A stretch of DNA of 64,000 bases from Terriglobales bacterium (GCA_035652655.1 DASRDJ010000381.1:25102-89101); one strand, 5' to 3'. Positions 9,612 to 19,965 are shown, numbered from the stretch's first letter. Made by a program: numbers and translations. Notes: generated from the letters alone by a model not told the origin.

Positions 9612-11084
9612 ATGAATTCAAGGCGAGCATTCCTCAAACTGTCGGCCATGGGCATCGGCGCGTTCAGTGGAGGGCTCGCCACTTCCTTCTCGCCGCACGC
9701 GGCGGCGAACTCCCTTGCAGGTGCTGCTAGTGTCGATGACTCGCAACCAGCCTCAGACGTCTCGGTCTGGGTAACCAACAAGAACCAACGCTTCGCCACG
9801 GGGGAAAAGTTGCACTGGCAGCCGGCGCCAGTGTCGAATCCCTCAGACAATCCAAACCCGGAAGCCGTTCGAGTTGTCCCCACGGTTAAGTTCCAGCCGA
9901 TTCTGGGCTTCGGCGGATGCTTCTCCGATGCGTCTTGCTATGTCATCAATCAACTAAAGCCGCCTACCCGCGAACAGTTGCTCCAGGAAATGTTTAGCCC
10001 CAAGGCAATGAATTTGAATGTCAACCGCATGTGTATCGGCGCTGCCGACTCCGCGGCTACGCTTTACAGCTACGATGAAGGCGATCCAGACCCTGACCTC
10101 AAACGGTTCTCCATCGATCACGACCGCGAATACATCCTTCCGATCCTGCGCCGGGTACGCGAGATCAATCCTGAAGTCTTTTACTTTGGGTCGCCCTGGA
10201 GTCCGCCGGGCTGGATGAAATGGAACAAGTCAATGCTGGGCGGATCGATGAGCCGCCACTATCTCGCGTCCTACGCGCAATACTTCTTGAAATACCTGCA
10301 TGCATACGCCGCGGAGGGCGTACCCGTTCAGGCCATCACCATTCAAAACGAAATCGATACGGATCAACATGGCCAAATGCCCGCCTGCACATGGTCGCAG
10401 GAATGCGAAACCGAGTTTGTTACAGATTATCTTGGGCCGTTGTTTGAAAAGACCAACACGTCCGCCCAAATCTGGATTTTGGATCACAACTACGTCTATT
10501 GGGGTCGCGTGATTTCAGAACTTGATAATCCGGATTTTCGCCGCTACACGACGTCGGTTGCCTGGCACGGTTATGTGGGCGAGCCTGCCATGATGAGCAA
10601 AGTGCAGGCTGCCCACCCTGAAGCAGAGATGTATTTCACTGAAGGCAGCACCGACTACAACGATCCGCACTATCAGGATGATTGGACCAAATGGGCTAGC
10701 ACGTATACCGCCGTCCTTGGCAATTGGTGCCGAGCCGCAGTCGCCTGGAACATGGCAACGGATGAGCGTGGCAAGCCCAACATCGGGCCGTATCCTTGCG
10801 GTGGAATTCTGATCATCAATCCGAAGACCCAAGAGATTATTCGAAGCGGCCAATATTGGGCTCTGGCACATTTTTCCCGTTCCATCCGGCGGGGTGCTCG
10901 GCGGGTTGACTCACAAAGCATCGCTCCGAATCTGATGCATATCGCTTTTGAGAACCCAAGCGGCGATCGGGTGCTCATTCTTACGAACCTTGGCCCCGCA
11001 CGAAATGTCGTTATCAACTATGGCCAGAACACTGCAACGGTTTCCATGGAAGAAAATTCAATCTCAACGCTTGTCTGGCAGTAG
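9612..11084 (+). CDS. glycoside hydrolase family 30 (glucosylceramidase-like), Tat-exported
   Basis: Twin-arginine-type leader (SRRAFLKLSAMGIGAF). GH30-like motifs GFGGCFSDAS, SPWSPPGWMK and ITIQNEID. Confidence 0.87.
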   Translation: MNSRRAFLKLSAMGIGAFSGGLATSFSPHAAANSLAGAASVDDSQPASDVSVWVTNKNQRFATGEKLHWQPAPVSNPSDNPNPEAVRVVPTVKFQPILGFGGCFSDASCYVINQLKPPTREQLLQEMFSPKAMNLNVNRMCIGAADSAATLYSYDEGDPDPDLKRFSIDHDREYILPILRRVREINPEVFYFGSPWSPPGWMKWNKSMLGGSMSRHYLASYAQYFLKYLHAYAAEGVPVQAITIQNEIDTDQHGQMPACTWSQECETEFVTDYLGPLFEKTNTSAQIWILDHNYVYWGRVISELDNPDFRRYTTSVAWHGYVGEPAMMSKVQAAHPEAEMYFTEGSTDYNDPHYQDDWTKWASTYTAVLGNWCRAAVAWNMATDERGKPNIGPYPCGGILIINPKTQEIIRSGQYWALAHFSRSIRRGARRVDSQSIAPNLMHIAFENPSGDRVLILTNLGPARNVVINYGQNTATVSMEENSISTLVWQ

Positions 11085-11148
11085 AGTGCTAGTGCACGAA
11101 AGTCTTTCGAAATCCGCACGCAAATTTGCACCAAACGAGACGGAGAGA

Positions 11149-14100
11149 ATGAGTTTTCCATCGCTGATCATGCGCCGAGCGGGCATAGAGCATCAAAGCC
11201 CCTTTGTGCGAACCGGTGCGATTGCCATTTTTATACTTGTGATCGCAACGGCTCTGGCTGCGCAACAAGACGATGCAACAGCGACCGATCCTTTAAAGGA
11301 AGCTGCAAGCAAGCTTCAGTCTCTGACGCGAGTCGCGCTCACGAATTGCCGATGGCACTCCGATGTCGCCCATCCGGAAGACGTAGGTTTGGACGATTCC
11401 TCCGGATGGAAGCCCATTGAACTCGGCGCAAACTTCGAGAGTGGTGTTCAGGACATTCGCTGTACTTTCACAGTTCCGCAAACGGTCAACGGCTATGACA
11501 TCCGAGGGTCCGCGTTGAGGGCGGCCTTCGAACTCCAGGGCGACGGCATGACGATGCTGTCGGTGTATTCGAACAACGCAAGCGTCTATCGCGGGAACTC
11601 GGATGTTTTGGAGCCGATTCTTCTTACGACAGATGCCCAAGCTGGACAGCGCTTTCTGATCGCGATACGGCTGGAAGTCGGCGATCAACCGAGGAAGCTA
11701 AGCCGAAGTGAAATCCTCGTCGAGACCCCGCAAGGGCGGCCAGATCCGGAAGCGTTGCGCATTGAACTGCTCTCCCTGCAGCCGATTCTGAAGGCTTATC
11801 CCGACTCTGCGCGAGAGCGGACACTTCAGGCGGCTGTAGCCTCTATCGATTTTGCGAAACTTGCGACTGGCGACCAAACCGGCTTCGACGCCGGGCTCAC
11901 GAAGGCGCAAACCAAGTTGCTTGAACTGAATCCCTGGATTAAGCAATTCCGAATCAGAGCTGTCGGAAATTCTCACATCGACATGGCATGGTTATGGCCG
12001 TGGACGGAAACGGTCGAGGTTGTTCGCAACACCTTCCGCAGCGCTCTCGACATGATGCACGAATATCCCAGCTTCGTGTTCAGCGCCTCTTCAGCCCGTG
12101 CCTATGAGTGGATGGAAGAAAAATATCCCGCGATGTTCGATGAAATCAAACAGCGCGTGAAGGAGGGACGCTGGGAGATTGTTGGCGGAATGTGGGTGGA
12201 ACCTGACCTTAACATGCCGGGAGGGGAATCGCTTACCAGGCAAATCCTCATTGGTAAGCAATACTTCAAGAACAAGTTCGGTGTGGACGTGAGGATCGGG
12301 TGGAACCCCGATTCATTCGGATACAACTGGCAACTTCCACAGATTTATACCAAGTGCGGAATCGATTACTTTGTGACGCAGAAGTTGTTGTGGGCTCACG
12401 AATTCACGACGTTTCCCTACAAGCTTTTTTGGTGGCAATCGCCTGATGGTAGCAAGATGCTTACCTACTTCCCGCATGATTACGGAAGCATGATGGAACC
12501 CGTATCCATGGCAGAGGATGTCGCGACCTGGATGCCTTCCATCTACCATGACAGCCTGAAGAATCCCGTCATGATGTATTTGTACGGCGTCGGTGACCAT
12601 GGCGGCGGCCCAACGCGCACCATGCTGGATCAAGCTGAGAAGTTGATGTCACCGAACGTGGTGTTTCCGAAAGTGGAGTTCAGTACCGCTGCAGCCTTCT
12701 TTTCTGACCTTCAAAAGCAGAACGACTTGAAGATTCCTACGTGGGACGGCGAGCTGTATTTCCAATACCACCGGGGCGTGTTCACCACACAATCTGAGAC
12801 AAAGAGGCAGATTCGTCATACCGAAGAGACTCTGCTCGATGCTGAGAAATTCGCCTCTCTGGCTAGCCTTTTCGGCATCTCCTATCCGCGCGAGCAATTT
12901 ACGGGAGCTTGGAAAGGGCTGCTTTTCGACCAGTTCCACGACATCATGCCGGGATCGGGCATCGCAGTGAATTATCTCGATGCGAAACGAGATCTCGAAG
13001 CTGTGGGCCGGGTTGGCAGCGAGATCATGCGCCGGTCGCAAGAAGAAATTGTTGCTCGAATCAACACGCAGCAATTGGGAGAGCCCATCGTAGTTTTCAA
13101 CTCTCTCTCGTGGTCGCGCATAGAGATTGTTGAGGCCGAGGCCCAGTTGCCGATGCTTGCGGAGAATGTTGAAGTCGCAGATTCGACTGGCAAGGTTGTT
13201 CCATCGCAGGTTCTCAGCACTGATGAAGCAACTCACCGCGTGCGTTTCTTGTTTCAGGCCAGCGTTCCTGCAATGGGGTATTCCACGTTTCACCTGCGAC
13301 CGTCGAAGGCGTCTGCGCCAGTACCATTACCGTTGAAGGCCAGTTCTGAGGCTTTGGAGAACGAATCGATTCGCCTCAGAATTGACGCCAAGACCGGCTG
13401 TATCGTGAGTTTATTCGACAAGCGAGGCGGTCAGGAATCGCTGGCTCCATCTGAAACAGATACCGGTGGCCGCAAAAATATGGCCTGCGGAAATCTTCTT
13501 CAGGCTTTCGTTGACAAACCAAAAGAGTATGACGCCTGGAACATCGACGCCGATTTTGAAAAGCAGTTCTGGAACATCGACCAGGCCGACGAAGTGAAGT
13601 TGATCGAGTCCGGCCCACTGCGCGCTGTCGTGCGCGTGAAGCATCATTTCCAGAACTCGTCCTTTATTCAGGACATCACCCTTTACCGCGACGCGCAGCG
13701 TGTAGACATAAAGGCGCAGGTGGATTGGAACGAGAAACACATCCTCCTGAAAGTCGCGTTCCCCGTCAGCGTCCACAGTAAAGTTGCAACCTACGAAATC
13801 CCCTTCGGTTCGATTGAACGGCCCACCACCCGAAATACGCCGGAAGAACAGGCTCAATTCGAGGTCCCGGCTCAGCACTGGGCTGACCTGTCGGACGCAA
13901 AACACGGATTGAGCGTCCTGAACGACAGCAAATACGGATACGACGCGAAGGGGAATGTCCTGCGATTGTCCTTGTTGCGGTCTCCTACCTGGCCTGATCC
14001 CCATGCTGACGAGGGCCATCATGAATTCATGTACTCGTTATACCCGCATGCCGGCACTTGGCGAGACGCTGGTACGGTTCGTCGCGGATACGAATTGAAT

Positions 14101-14442
14101 TACAAGCTGGGGGTGACCTCCGCTAAGAATCACAGCGGCGATCTTCCGCCAGTGCACAGTTTCGTTGGTGTGAACGCAGATAACGTGGTCCTGACCGCTG
14201 TCAAAGGCTCCGAAGACAGCGACGAAATTGTTTTGAGATTTTACGAATGGGCTGGAAAAGAAACGGATGTGAAGCTTGAATTGCCGCCGGAAGTCCAGTC
14301 TGCCCGTGAGGCTAATTTGGTGGAGCAGTCGAGCGGCACTTTGACGGTTGCCGGCGGCAAGATCAGTGTGCATACGAAGCCGTACGAAATAAAAACGGTG
14401 GCCGTAACGTTTGCCAAGCCGCAGCCTGCAAGGGCTAATTGA
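11149..14442 (+). CDS. GH38 alpha-mannosidase
   Basis: GH38 metal-site motif GNSHIDMAWLWPW, GGMWVEPD, DHGGGP, and a long C-terminal beta-rich region. Start placed at ATG 11149 (MSFPSLIM..., TM/signal) because the track start at 10948 overlaps the GH30 gene. Confidence 0.92.
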   Translation: MSFPSLIMRRAGIEHQSPFVRTGAIAIFILVIATALAAQQDDATATDPLKEAASKLQSLTRVALTNCRWHSDVAHPEDVGLDDSSGWKPIELGANFESGVQDIRCTFTVPQTVNGYDIRGSALRAAFELQGDGMTMLSVYSNNASVYRGNSDVLEPILLTTDAQAGQRFLIAIRLEVGDQPRKLSRSEILVETPQGRPDPEALRIELLSLQPILKAYPDSARERTLQAAVASIDFAKLATGDQTGFDAGLTKAQTKLLELNPWIKQFRIRAVGNSHIDMAWLWPWTETVEVVRNTFRSALDMMHEYPSFVFSASSARAYEWMEEKYPAMFDEIKQRVKEGRWEIVGGMWVEPDLNMPGGESLTRQILIGKQYFKNKFGVDVRIGWNPDSFGYNWQLPQIYTKCGIDYFVTQKLLWAHEFTTFPYKLFWWQSPDGSKMLTYFPHDYGSMMEPVSMAEDVATWMPSIYHDSLKNPVMMYLYGVGDHGGGPTRTMLDQAEKLMSPNVVFPKVEFSTAAAFFSDLQKQNDLKIPTWDGELYFQYHRGVFTTQSETKRQIRHTEETLLDAEKFASLASLFGISYPREQFTGAWKGLLFDQFHDIMPGSGIAVNYLDAKRDLEAVGRVGSEIMRRSQEEIVARINTQQLGEPIVVFNSLSWSRIEIVEAEAQLPMLAENVEVADSTGKVVPSQVLSTDEATHRVRFLFQASVPAMGYSTFHLRPSKASAPVPLPLKASSEALENESIRLRIDAKTGCIVSLFDKRGGQESLAPSETDTGGRKNMACGNLLQAFVDKPKEYDAWNIDADFEKQFWNIDQADEVKLIESGPLRAVVRVKHHFQNSSFIQDITLYRDAQRVDIKAQVDWNEKHILLKVAFPVSVHSKVATYEIPFGSIERPTTRNTPEEQAQFEVPAQHWADLSDAKHGLSVLNDSKYGYDAKGNVLRLSLLRSPTWPDPHADEGHHEFMYSLYPHAGTWRDAGTVRRGYELNYKLGVTSAKNHSGDLPPVHSFVGVNADNVVLTAVKGSEDSDEIVLRFYEWAGKETDVKLELPPEVQSAREANLVEQSSGTLTVAGGKISVHTKPYEIKTVAVTFAKPQPARAN

Positions 14443-14459
14443 GATCCCTATTCAAATCG

Positions 14460-15806
14460 ATGCGGTTGATGGGCGTCGGGACACTGCTGTGCGTTGTCCC
14501 CTCGCTCGTGTGGGGCGAGATCCACAAAGATCGCATAGTGGTCCTTATTAGTCTGGACGGCTTTCCCGCATATGCCCTCGATGATCCAAGACTACCCGTT
14601 CCAACCATCCGGAAACTCGCGCGAGAAGGCGCGAGCGCGACATCGATGCAACCCATCAATCCGACAGTGACGTGGCCCAATCACACAGCTCTCGTTGCTG
14701 GGGTAAATGCGTCGGAGCACGGCGTGCTTTTTAACGGATTGTTGGTCCGCACTCCCGGCGGTGCTCAACCGTCGGTCGAACCTTGGCGCAACAAGGAACT
14801 CCTGGTGCATGCGCCTACTGTTTATGACGTGGCCTATCGGGCTGGTTTGACTACGGCACAAGTGGACTGGGTTGCCATCTACGGAGCCAAGACGATCACG
14901 TGGAAATTTCCGGAGTTACCTGATCCGGACGGACCCGTCGAACGGACCATGATCGCCGATGGCACGGTAACCGCAGACCAACTGCGGAAGTTTGAAGACA
15001 GCAGCCAAGCCTGGCAAGACGAGATCTGGACCGATGCAGCGGTCCGAATCCTCAAAGAACACAAACCCAACCTTCTGCTTTTCCATCTGCTCACGGGTGA
15101 CGACACGAACCACGAGTACGGCCCGATGAGTCATGCAAGTTTCACGGCGATGGCGTTGCTTGACTCCTACGTCAAGCGCATCGTCGACACGCTGCAAGAA
15201 GAGGGTCTGATGCGCCGAGCCACCGTGATCGTCGTCTCGGACCATGGGTTTCGCAAAATCAAACACAAACTCCACCCCAATGTGTTGCTTAGAGAGAGCG
15301 GCCTGATTACTGGCGACCTGGAACACATGCTCGGAGATGCGTGGGTAGCATCCACGGGCGGGACTGCGATGGTGTATGTAAGCGACCCGGCGAGAAAAGA
15401 AGAGTTGGTCCCGAAGCTCAGGAGGATACTCGCCAACCGTGAGGGCATAGATCGAGTTTACGAGCCGAATTCGTTCGCAGAACTAGGACTACCACTCGCG
15501 AGTGCGAGCGATCAGGGGCCAGATCTCGTGTTGTCTGCGCTCCCCGACTATTCGTTTGCTAACGAGGCGGAGGGGAGCTACGTTACGGGAATCGACGAAG
15601 GGGGAACTCACGGCTACCTGAATACGGATCCAAAGATGCAAGCGATCTTTGTGGCATTCGGCGCCGGGATCGCTTCGGGCGTACGCTTAGGCAAGATTTC
15701 CAATCTCGATGTTGCACCCACAATCGCTGCGATCCTGGGAATTGAGATGAAAATGGCAAAGGGCCATGCGCTGAAAGAGATCTTGAAGCTGAACGTTCAC
15801 GAATGA
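14460..15806 (+). CDS. alkaline-phosphatase-superfamily nucleotide pyrophosphatase/phosphodiesterase (NPP type)
   Basis: Motifs VVLISLDGFPAY, PTVTWPNHTALVAG and VVSDHGF. Signal peptide starts at ATG 14460 (MRLMGVGTLLCVVPSLVWG). Confidence 0.87.
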   Translation: MRLMGVGTLLCVVPSLVWGEIHKDRIVVLISLDGFPAYALDDPRLPVPTIRKLAREGASATSMQPINPTVTWPNHTALVAGVNASEHGVLFNGLLVRTPGGAQPSVEPWRNKELLVHAPTVYDVAYRAGLTTAQVDWVAIYGAKTITWKFPELPDPDGPVERTMIADGTVTADQLRKFEDSSQAWQDEIWTDAAVRILKEHKPNLLLFHLLTGDDTNHEYGPMSHASFTAMALLDSYVKRIVDTLQEEGLMRRATVIVVSDHGFRKIKHKLHPNVLLRESGLITGDLEHMLGDAWVASTGGTAMVYVSDPARKEELVPKLRRILANREGIDRVYEPNSFAELGLPLASASDQGPDLVLSALPDYSFANEAEGSYVTGIDEGGTHGYLNTDPKMQAIFVAFGAGIASGVRLGKISNLDVAPTIAAILGIEMKMAKGHALKEILKLNVHE

Positions 15807-15850
15807 TGACAAAGCGAATTGGAATCAAAACAGCTTCGCGATCTCGGTTC

Positions 15851-15900
15851 CCAGCATAATGCTGGCAAGTGTCCTCTTGCTAGCTGCAGTATGTGCAGCT
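15851..15900. terminator. two short hairpins between convergent genes (possible terminators)
   Basis: CCAGCA-TAA-TGCTGG at 15851-15865 and AGCTGCA-GTATG-TGCAGCT at 15882-15900. Neither has a clear U-tract. Confidence 0.25.
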
Positions 15901-15951
15901 CAGAATCCCTGACATTCACCGGCCAAGATCAACTCCGCTCCCTACCGGCGA

Positions 15952-16278
15952 TCATTTGGCTTTCGTCCTTCTAGGAGCTTTTCCAGACGACGTACCATGC
16001 GATTTCCTTACCATAATGCGCTTCGCTCGTTCCAGTTCCGCTCTTCGTGCACGACTCAATCCCTTACCCGCACGATTGATGAAGTAGGTCAGCATTCGAA
16101 GACCTGAAGCTGGTCCCTTGGGTGAGACTTTTCGAGAGCGGAGGGTGCGAGCAATCGTGGGCGCATCTTTTGTAAAAAGCCCTGCTGGCGGATGCGTCGA
16201 GTCCGTCTTGACCCGCGAGACCCAGCGCTTCAGTGACCGACTCGGTGCTCCGGGTTTGGTTTTGGACCTTACTGTCAT
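15952..16278 (-). CDS. DUF3175-like small basic protein
   Basis: 108 aa and very basic. The central MLTYFINRAGKGLSRARRAELERAK resembles DUF3175 family members as I recall them. Confidence 0.65.
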   Translation of the reverse strand: MTVRSKTKPGAPSRSLKRWVSRVKTDSTHPPAGLFTKDAPTIARTLRSRKVSPKGPASGLRMLTYFINRAGKGLSRARRAELERAKRIMVRKSHGTSSGKAPRRTKAK

Positions 16279-16536
16279 GTCAACTCCCTAGCAAAGAATC
16301 GAAGACCCGGCTCAATCACACAATCGAAACCTCCCAGTAGAATCGGGAGGAAATGACCTCGTTCGACGAGGTTTTTCAGGCGGACCTACAGGCTAATCCG
16401 TATCGACTTGGATGACCCCTCTGGTACGCTTCCCGTAGATTGCAGAGAAGTGAACTGTTCGGCTCATCCTGGGATTGACGAACCGGCGGTAGCCTTCAAC
16501 GTTGAAGTACACAACTCACGAACCCGAGGTCCGAGA

Positions 16537-17187
16537 GTGTCCGTAAAAATCTTGGTTGCTGATGACCACCCGGTGGTGCGCCAGGGGATTTGTTCCCTTC
16601 TGAAGTCGCAGCCCGGATGGGAAATTGCCGGCGAGGCTCTAGACGGCCGGCAAGCAGTTCAGTTGACGAAAGAATTGCGACCCGACATCGTAATCCTGGA
16701 TCTCGCGATGCCAACCCTCAATGGCTTGGACGCCACTCGCCAAATTCTTGATGAAAATCCGGACCAAAAAGTATTGATCCTGACGATGAGCGATTCCGAG
16801 CAACTGATCAGAGAGGTTCTTGGAGCGGGCGCTCGTGGATTTGTTCTCAAATCAGACGCGGCCAAAGACTTGATTTCGGCCGTGCAGGCCCTGGAACGTC
16901 ACCGCACATTCTTCACTTCGAGAGTGCAGGACATTCTGGACAGCTACTTTGCGCCGTCAAGTCTGGCGACGTTGCCAACCCTCACGAATCGTGAGCGAGA
17001 AGTCCTTCAACTCATCGCTGAGGGCAAGACCACAAAGGAAGTGGCCGTAATTCTTGGTTGCAGCGTCAAGACCGCAGAAACGCATCGCAGCAATTTCATG
17101 CGCAAGCTGCATTTGCATTCAGTAAGCGAAGTTGTCTTGTATGCCATCCGCAACCAAATTATTCGTGTGGATCAGCTTGCCACGTAG
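16537..17187 (+). CDS. NarL/FixJ-type response regulator (receiver plus LuxR HTH)
   Basis: Receiver KILVADDHPVVRQG...IVILDLAMPTLNG...GFVLKSD and LuxR HTH LTNREREVLQLIAEGKTTKEVAVILGCSVKTAETHRSNFMRKL. GTG at 16537 has GAGGT 6 nt upstream; the track ORF starts at 16408. Confidence 0.9.
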   Translation: MSVKILVADDHPVVRQGICSLLKSQPGWEIAGEALDGRQAVQLTKELRPDIVILDLAMPTLNGLDATRQILDENPDQKVLILTMSDSEQLIREVLGAGARGFVLKSDAAKDLISAVQALERHRTFFTSRVQDILDSYFAPSSLATLPTLTNREREVLQLIAEGKTTKEVAVILGCSVKTAETHRSNFMRKLHLHSVSEVVLYAIRNQIIRVDQLAT

Positions 17188-17223
17188 TGGTAGTGTCAAT
17201 GTTTTCGCCACGATTAGGTCGCT

Positions 17224-17269
17224 AAAAAACACCCCACGCCGGTGAGTTGGGTTGGGTCCGGCGCGGGGG
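17224..17269 (-). terminator. candidate intrinsic terminator downstream of the VOC gene
   Basis: On the minus strand, an imperfect GC-rich hairpin (CGCCGG/CCGGCG plus CCCC/GGGG, 15-nt loop) is followed by TTTTTT (plus-strand A-run 17224-17229). Confidence 0.4.
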
Positions 17270-17373
17270 TATGGGTCGTCTCGCTAAACTCACCATAGGA
17301 CATCGATGTTCCCATCGCAATACAGTAGACCGCTGAGAACCGATATATGCGGACCGCTCAGTAGTCCACCTCA

Positions 17374-17754
17374 CTACTTGGATTTCCAAAGACCTAATAC
17401 GGAGCCGGTCGGGTCTTGAATAAAGCTGAACCAACCCATGCCCGGCACTTCTGTTATGTCCTTCATGATCTTTCCACCCAGTTGCTCGGCTTTCTGAGTA
17501 GTCGCGCGGATATCGTCAACCTCAACATAAGCCAACCAGCCCGAGGGACCGCCGAGGACCTGTTTCATGATGCCCCCTCCGGTTCCGCTCCCCACTTCGA
17601 TCATGGTGTACGAGCCTGAAGGAACTGCTGGATTCGGAACGGTTTCCAGCTTCCACTGGAAGAGTTGTGAATAAAAGGACTTCGATTTTTCGGGCTCAGG
17701 TGTATTGAGTTCCACGTGAACGAATGGATTAGCCAAAGGTATCTCCTTGAACAA
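17374..17754 (-). CDS. VOC (glyoxalase/bleomycin-resistance/dioxygenase) family protein
   Basis: 126 aa. FVHVELNTPEPEKSKSFYSQLFQW...AYVEVDDI...GWFSFIQDPTGSVLGLW is a classic VOC-fold pattern. Confidence 0.9.
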   Translation of the reverse strand: MFKEIPLANPFVHVELNTPEPEKSKSFYSQLFQWKLETVPNPAVPSGSYTMIEVGSGTGGGIMKQVLGGPSGWLAYVEVDDIRATTQKAEQLGGKIMKDITEVPGMGWFSFIQDPTGSVLGLWKSK

Positions 17755-17807
17755 GTCAGGTCTGCTGAAAATAAGGGATGACGATAAGGGGCGGGATAGT
17801 TGGTAGT

Positions 17808-18017
17808 TTATGCGACGCGATGCACGGAGGTGCGACTGATCTGTAGCGGCGGCTTCGAGGCAAGTCGTACGGCGCTGGAGTGCTTACGGTCCGCTTCTGC
17901 CCAGAGATCAAGCGCTTTCTTCACGTGAGTGAGGAGTTGTTGCTTAAGCTCGGGGTCATTCTCCGCGAGCGCCGCGCGGTAGAGGTCTCCGAAATTGTCA
18001 AGACGACGGGCGTTCAT
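17808..18017 (-). CDS. small helical hypothetical protein
   Basis: Start placed at ATG 18017 (MNARRLDNFGDLYRAALAENDPELKQQLL...). Shares a DLY...E.DP.(K)L motif with the small ORFs at 21579 and 21905. Confidence 0.5.
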   Translation of the reverse strand: MNARRLDNFGDLYRAALAENDPELKQQLLTHVKKALDLWAEADRKHSSAVRLASKPPLQISRTSVHRVA

Positions 18018-18167
18018 CTCGTTCTCCGTTTTGTTTTCGCGCAACGTGGTACAGAACAATATTCGCCTTTATACACTTTTCAGCGCATGGATCGACAATC
18101 GGGTGATAACTGTAGGTTGGTGCGACTTGCGCTTTCTCTACTCTGGACTAAGCATTCGAGTGCAGAC

Positions 18168-19508
18168 ATGACAGATTCAAGTGTCTTTGACGCAATTGTG
18201 ATTGGTGGGGGTGCGGCTGGGCTCACCGCTGGAGTTGAGTTGGGGAAGGCAGGTCTCTCAGTGCTTCTCTTGGAAGCCCGCGAACGTTTGGGAGGACGGA
18301 TACTGACGACTCGCAGTTCGTCGAGCGAATTTCCAATAGAACTGGGAGCGGAGTTCATTCATGGAATCGTGCCGCAAACCTGGGACCTTCTCCTGGAAGA
18401 ACACGCAGAGATTGTGGAGGTTGAAGGGGACCTCTGGTGTTCGGATGGCCGACTGCGCCCTTGCGATTTCACTGACGATGTGGATCGCGTGCTTGAGCGA
18501 ATGGACGACGGTGTTCCCGACCAATCGTTTGCCGACTTCCTGCGGTCCTGTTGTCGGGGAGACTCGCCCGTTAAAGAACGTGCTAAGGAGAGGGCTCGGC
18601 GTTACGTGGTTGGTTTCAACGCGGCCGATCCGGAGCAAGTGGGCGTGCACTGGCTCGCAAAGGGATTGAGAGAAGAACAGGAAGTCAAGGGAGAGCGGGC
18701 TTTCCGATCAAAGAATGGTTACGCGGATTTGATCAAAAGTCTTCAGTCTCGTCTCGCAGCATCTCAAGTGACCGTGAGGACCAATGTGATCGTCACTGCC
18801 ATCAATTGGAGGGAGAGTATTGTTACGGTGTCGGCGCGGGGATCCGACGGCAACTGCTCGTATCAAGCGAAGAAGGTAGTCGTCACCGTGCCCCTACCCA
18901 TCCTGAGAACAGAGCCTGGGAAGGAAGGTGCGATTGAATTTCATCCGCCACTGCCGCTGGAGAAAAGGGAGGCGCTGCAGAAACTCCAGATGGGAAAGGT
19001 TATACGCCTGGTACTGCGATTTCGGGAGCGCTTCTGGGATTCGATTATCCCGTCGGTCGCTTCTGGCCAGAGTCTAGCTAACATGAGTTTTCTCTTTACG
19101 GAGAACGAATATTTCCCAACTTGGTGGACGACCCTCCCGTTTCGAGAGCCACAGATCACCGGATGGGCGCCTTTTCAGTGTGCTGAACGGCTGTCGGGGA
19201 AAGACAATGCATTTGTCGCTCAGTGTGGCTTACAGTCCCTGAGCCAGATACTGCAGGTGCGGTTGTCCAATCTCGAACATCTTCTCGAAGGAGCTTACTT
19301 TCACGATTGGCAGAGCGATCCGTTCTCCAGGGGTGCCTATAGTTACGGGAGAGTGGGCGCTGATGGTGCACAGGAGATGTTGGCGAAGCCATTAAAGCCC
19401 GGCCTTTACTTTGCCGGCGAAGCGACCGCCTCACCCGGGAGCAACGGGACGGTCCACGGAGCCATTGCGAGCGGTCACCGTGTCGCGAGTGAAATTCTGA
19501 GATCCTAA
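18168..19508 (+). CDS. FAD-dependent amine oxidase family oxidoreductase
   Basis: Dinucleotide-binding motif DAIVIGGGAAGLTAGVELGKAGLSVLLLEARERLGGRI and C-terminal LYFAGEATA...GTVHGAIASG. ATG at 18168 (alternative 18087). The track start at 17880 overlaps the divergent small gene. Confidence 0.88.
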   Translation: MTDSSVFDAIVIGGGAAGLTAGVELGKAGLSVLLLEARERLGGRILTTRSSSSEFPIELGAEFIHGIVPQTWDLLLEEHAEIVEVEGDLWCSDGRLRPCDFTDDVDRVLERMDDGVPDQSFADFLRSCCRGDSPVKERAKERARRYVVGFNAADPEQVGVHWLAKGLREEQEVKGERAFRSKNGYADLIKSLQSRLAASQVTVRTNVIVTAINWRESIVTVSARGSDGNCSYQAKKVVVTVPLPILRTEPGKEGAIEFHPPLPLEKREALQKLQMGKVIRLVLRFRERFWDSIIPSVASGQSLANMSFLFTENEYFPTWWTTLPFREPQITGWAPFQCAERLSGKDNAFVAQCGLQSLSQILQVRLSNLEHLLEGAYFHDWQSDPFSRGAYSYGRVGADGAQEMLAKPLKPGLYFAGEATASPGSNGTVHGAIASGHRVASEILRS

Positions 19509-19530
19509 ATTTATGAAAGAATCATGATTA

Positions 19531-19962
19531 TCAGTGCTCAGGTCTGTGCAGCGCGACTCTGACGCCCCAAAGTGCGGTTGCCACGATTAGCCACGCTATG
19601 AATGCCGAAGCGAACACTGCTCCAGTTGAGTACTCTGGCAGGAACTTCCACACCATCCATCCGAAGACTGCCAACCCGACACTGCCAAGCGCCGCTCCTT
19701 CGGCGTCAAAGCCAGCCTTTATTTTCCCAACCTCCCTTCGGTAACTCTCGGTGCCACATTTCTCCGTTTCGTGCTTTTCGATCAACGTAGCGCTTGCCGG
19801 GAAAATTGCAGGGAAGGCAAGGAAGAGGCCGCCAACCACCGGGCCGAATTCGCGAGCGACCAGACCAGCTAATACGGTGACACATCCGCCAAATACAAAT
19901 CGAATAAGGTATTCGTGCCATTTCGTCAGTTCGAGAGTCTTAAGATCAATCTGAGGACGCAT
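19531..19962 (-). CDS. DUF3147-like small membrane protein
   Basis: 143 aa, 4 predicted TM segments. YLIRFVFGGCVTVLAGLVAREFGPVVGGLFLAFPAIFPAS resembles DUF3147. Confidence 0.72.
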   Translation of the reverse strand: MRPQIDLKTLELTKWHEYLIRFVFGGCVTVLAGLVAREFGPVVGGLFLAFPAIFPASATLIEKHETEKCGTESYRREVGKIKAGFDAEGAALGSVGLAVFGWMVWKFLPEYSTGAVFASAFIAWLIVATALWGVRVALHRPEH

Positions 19963-19965
19963 GCC

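Noticed and set aside
10948-11148. Upstream extension of the GH38 ORF that overlaps the GH30 gene by 137 nt
   Set aside because: The extension has no protein-like features. ATG 11149 is followed by a TM/signal segment, and the GH30 frame is supported up to its stop at 11084.
12649-14022. 214-aa and 203-aa ORFs antisense to the GH38 gene
   Set aside because: They fall inside a CDS that carries diagnostic GH38 motifs, and they have no independent support.
17880-18167. N-terminal 96-codon extension of the amine oxidase ORF
   Set aside because: The FAD-binding motif starts right after ATG 18168, and the extension overlaps the divergent small gene. An intermediate ATG at 18087 cannot be excluded.
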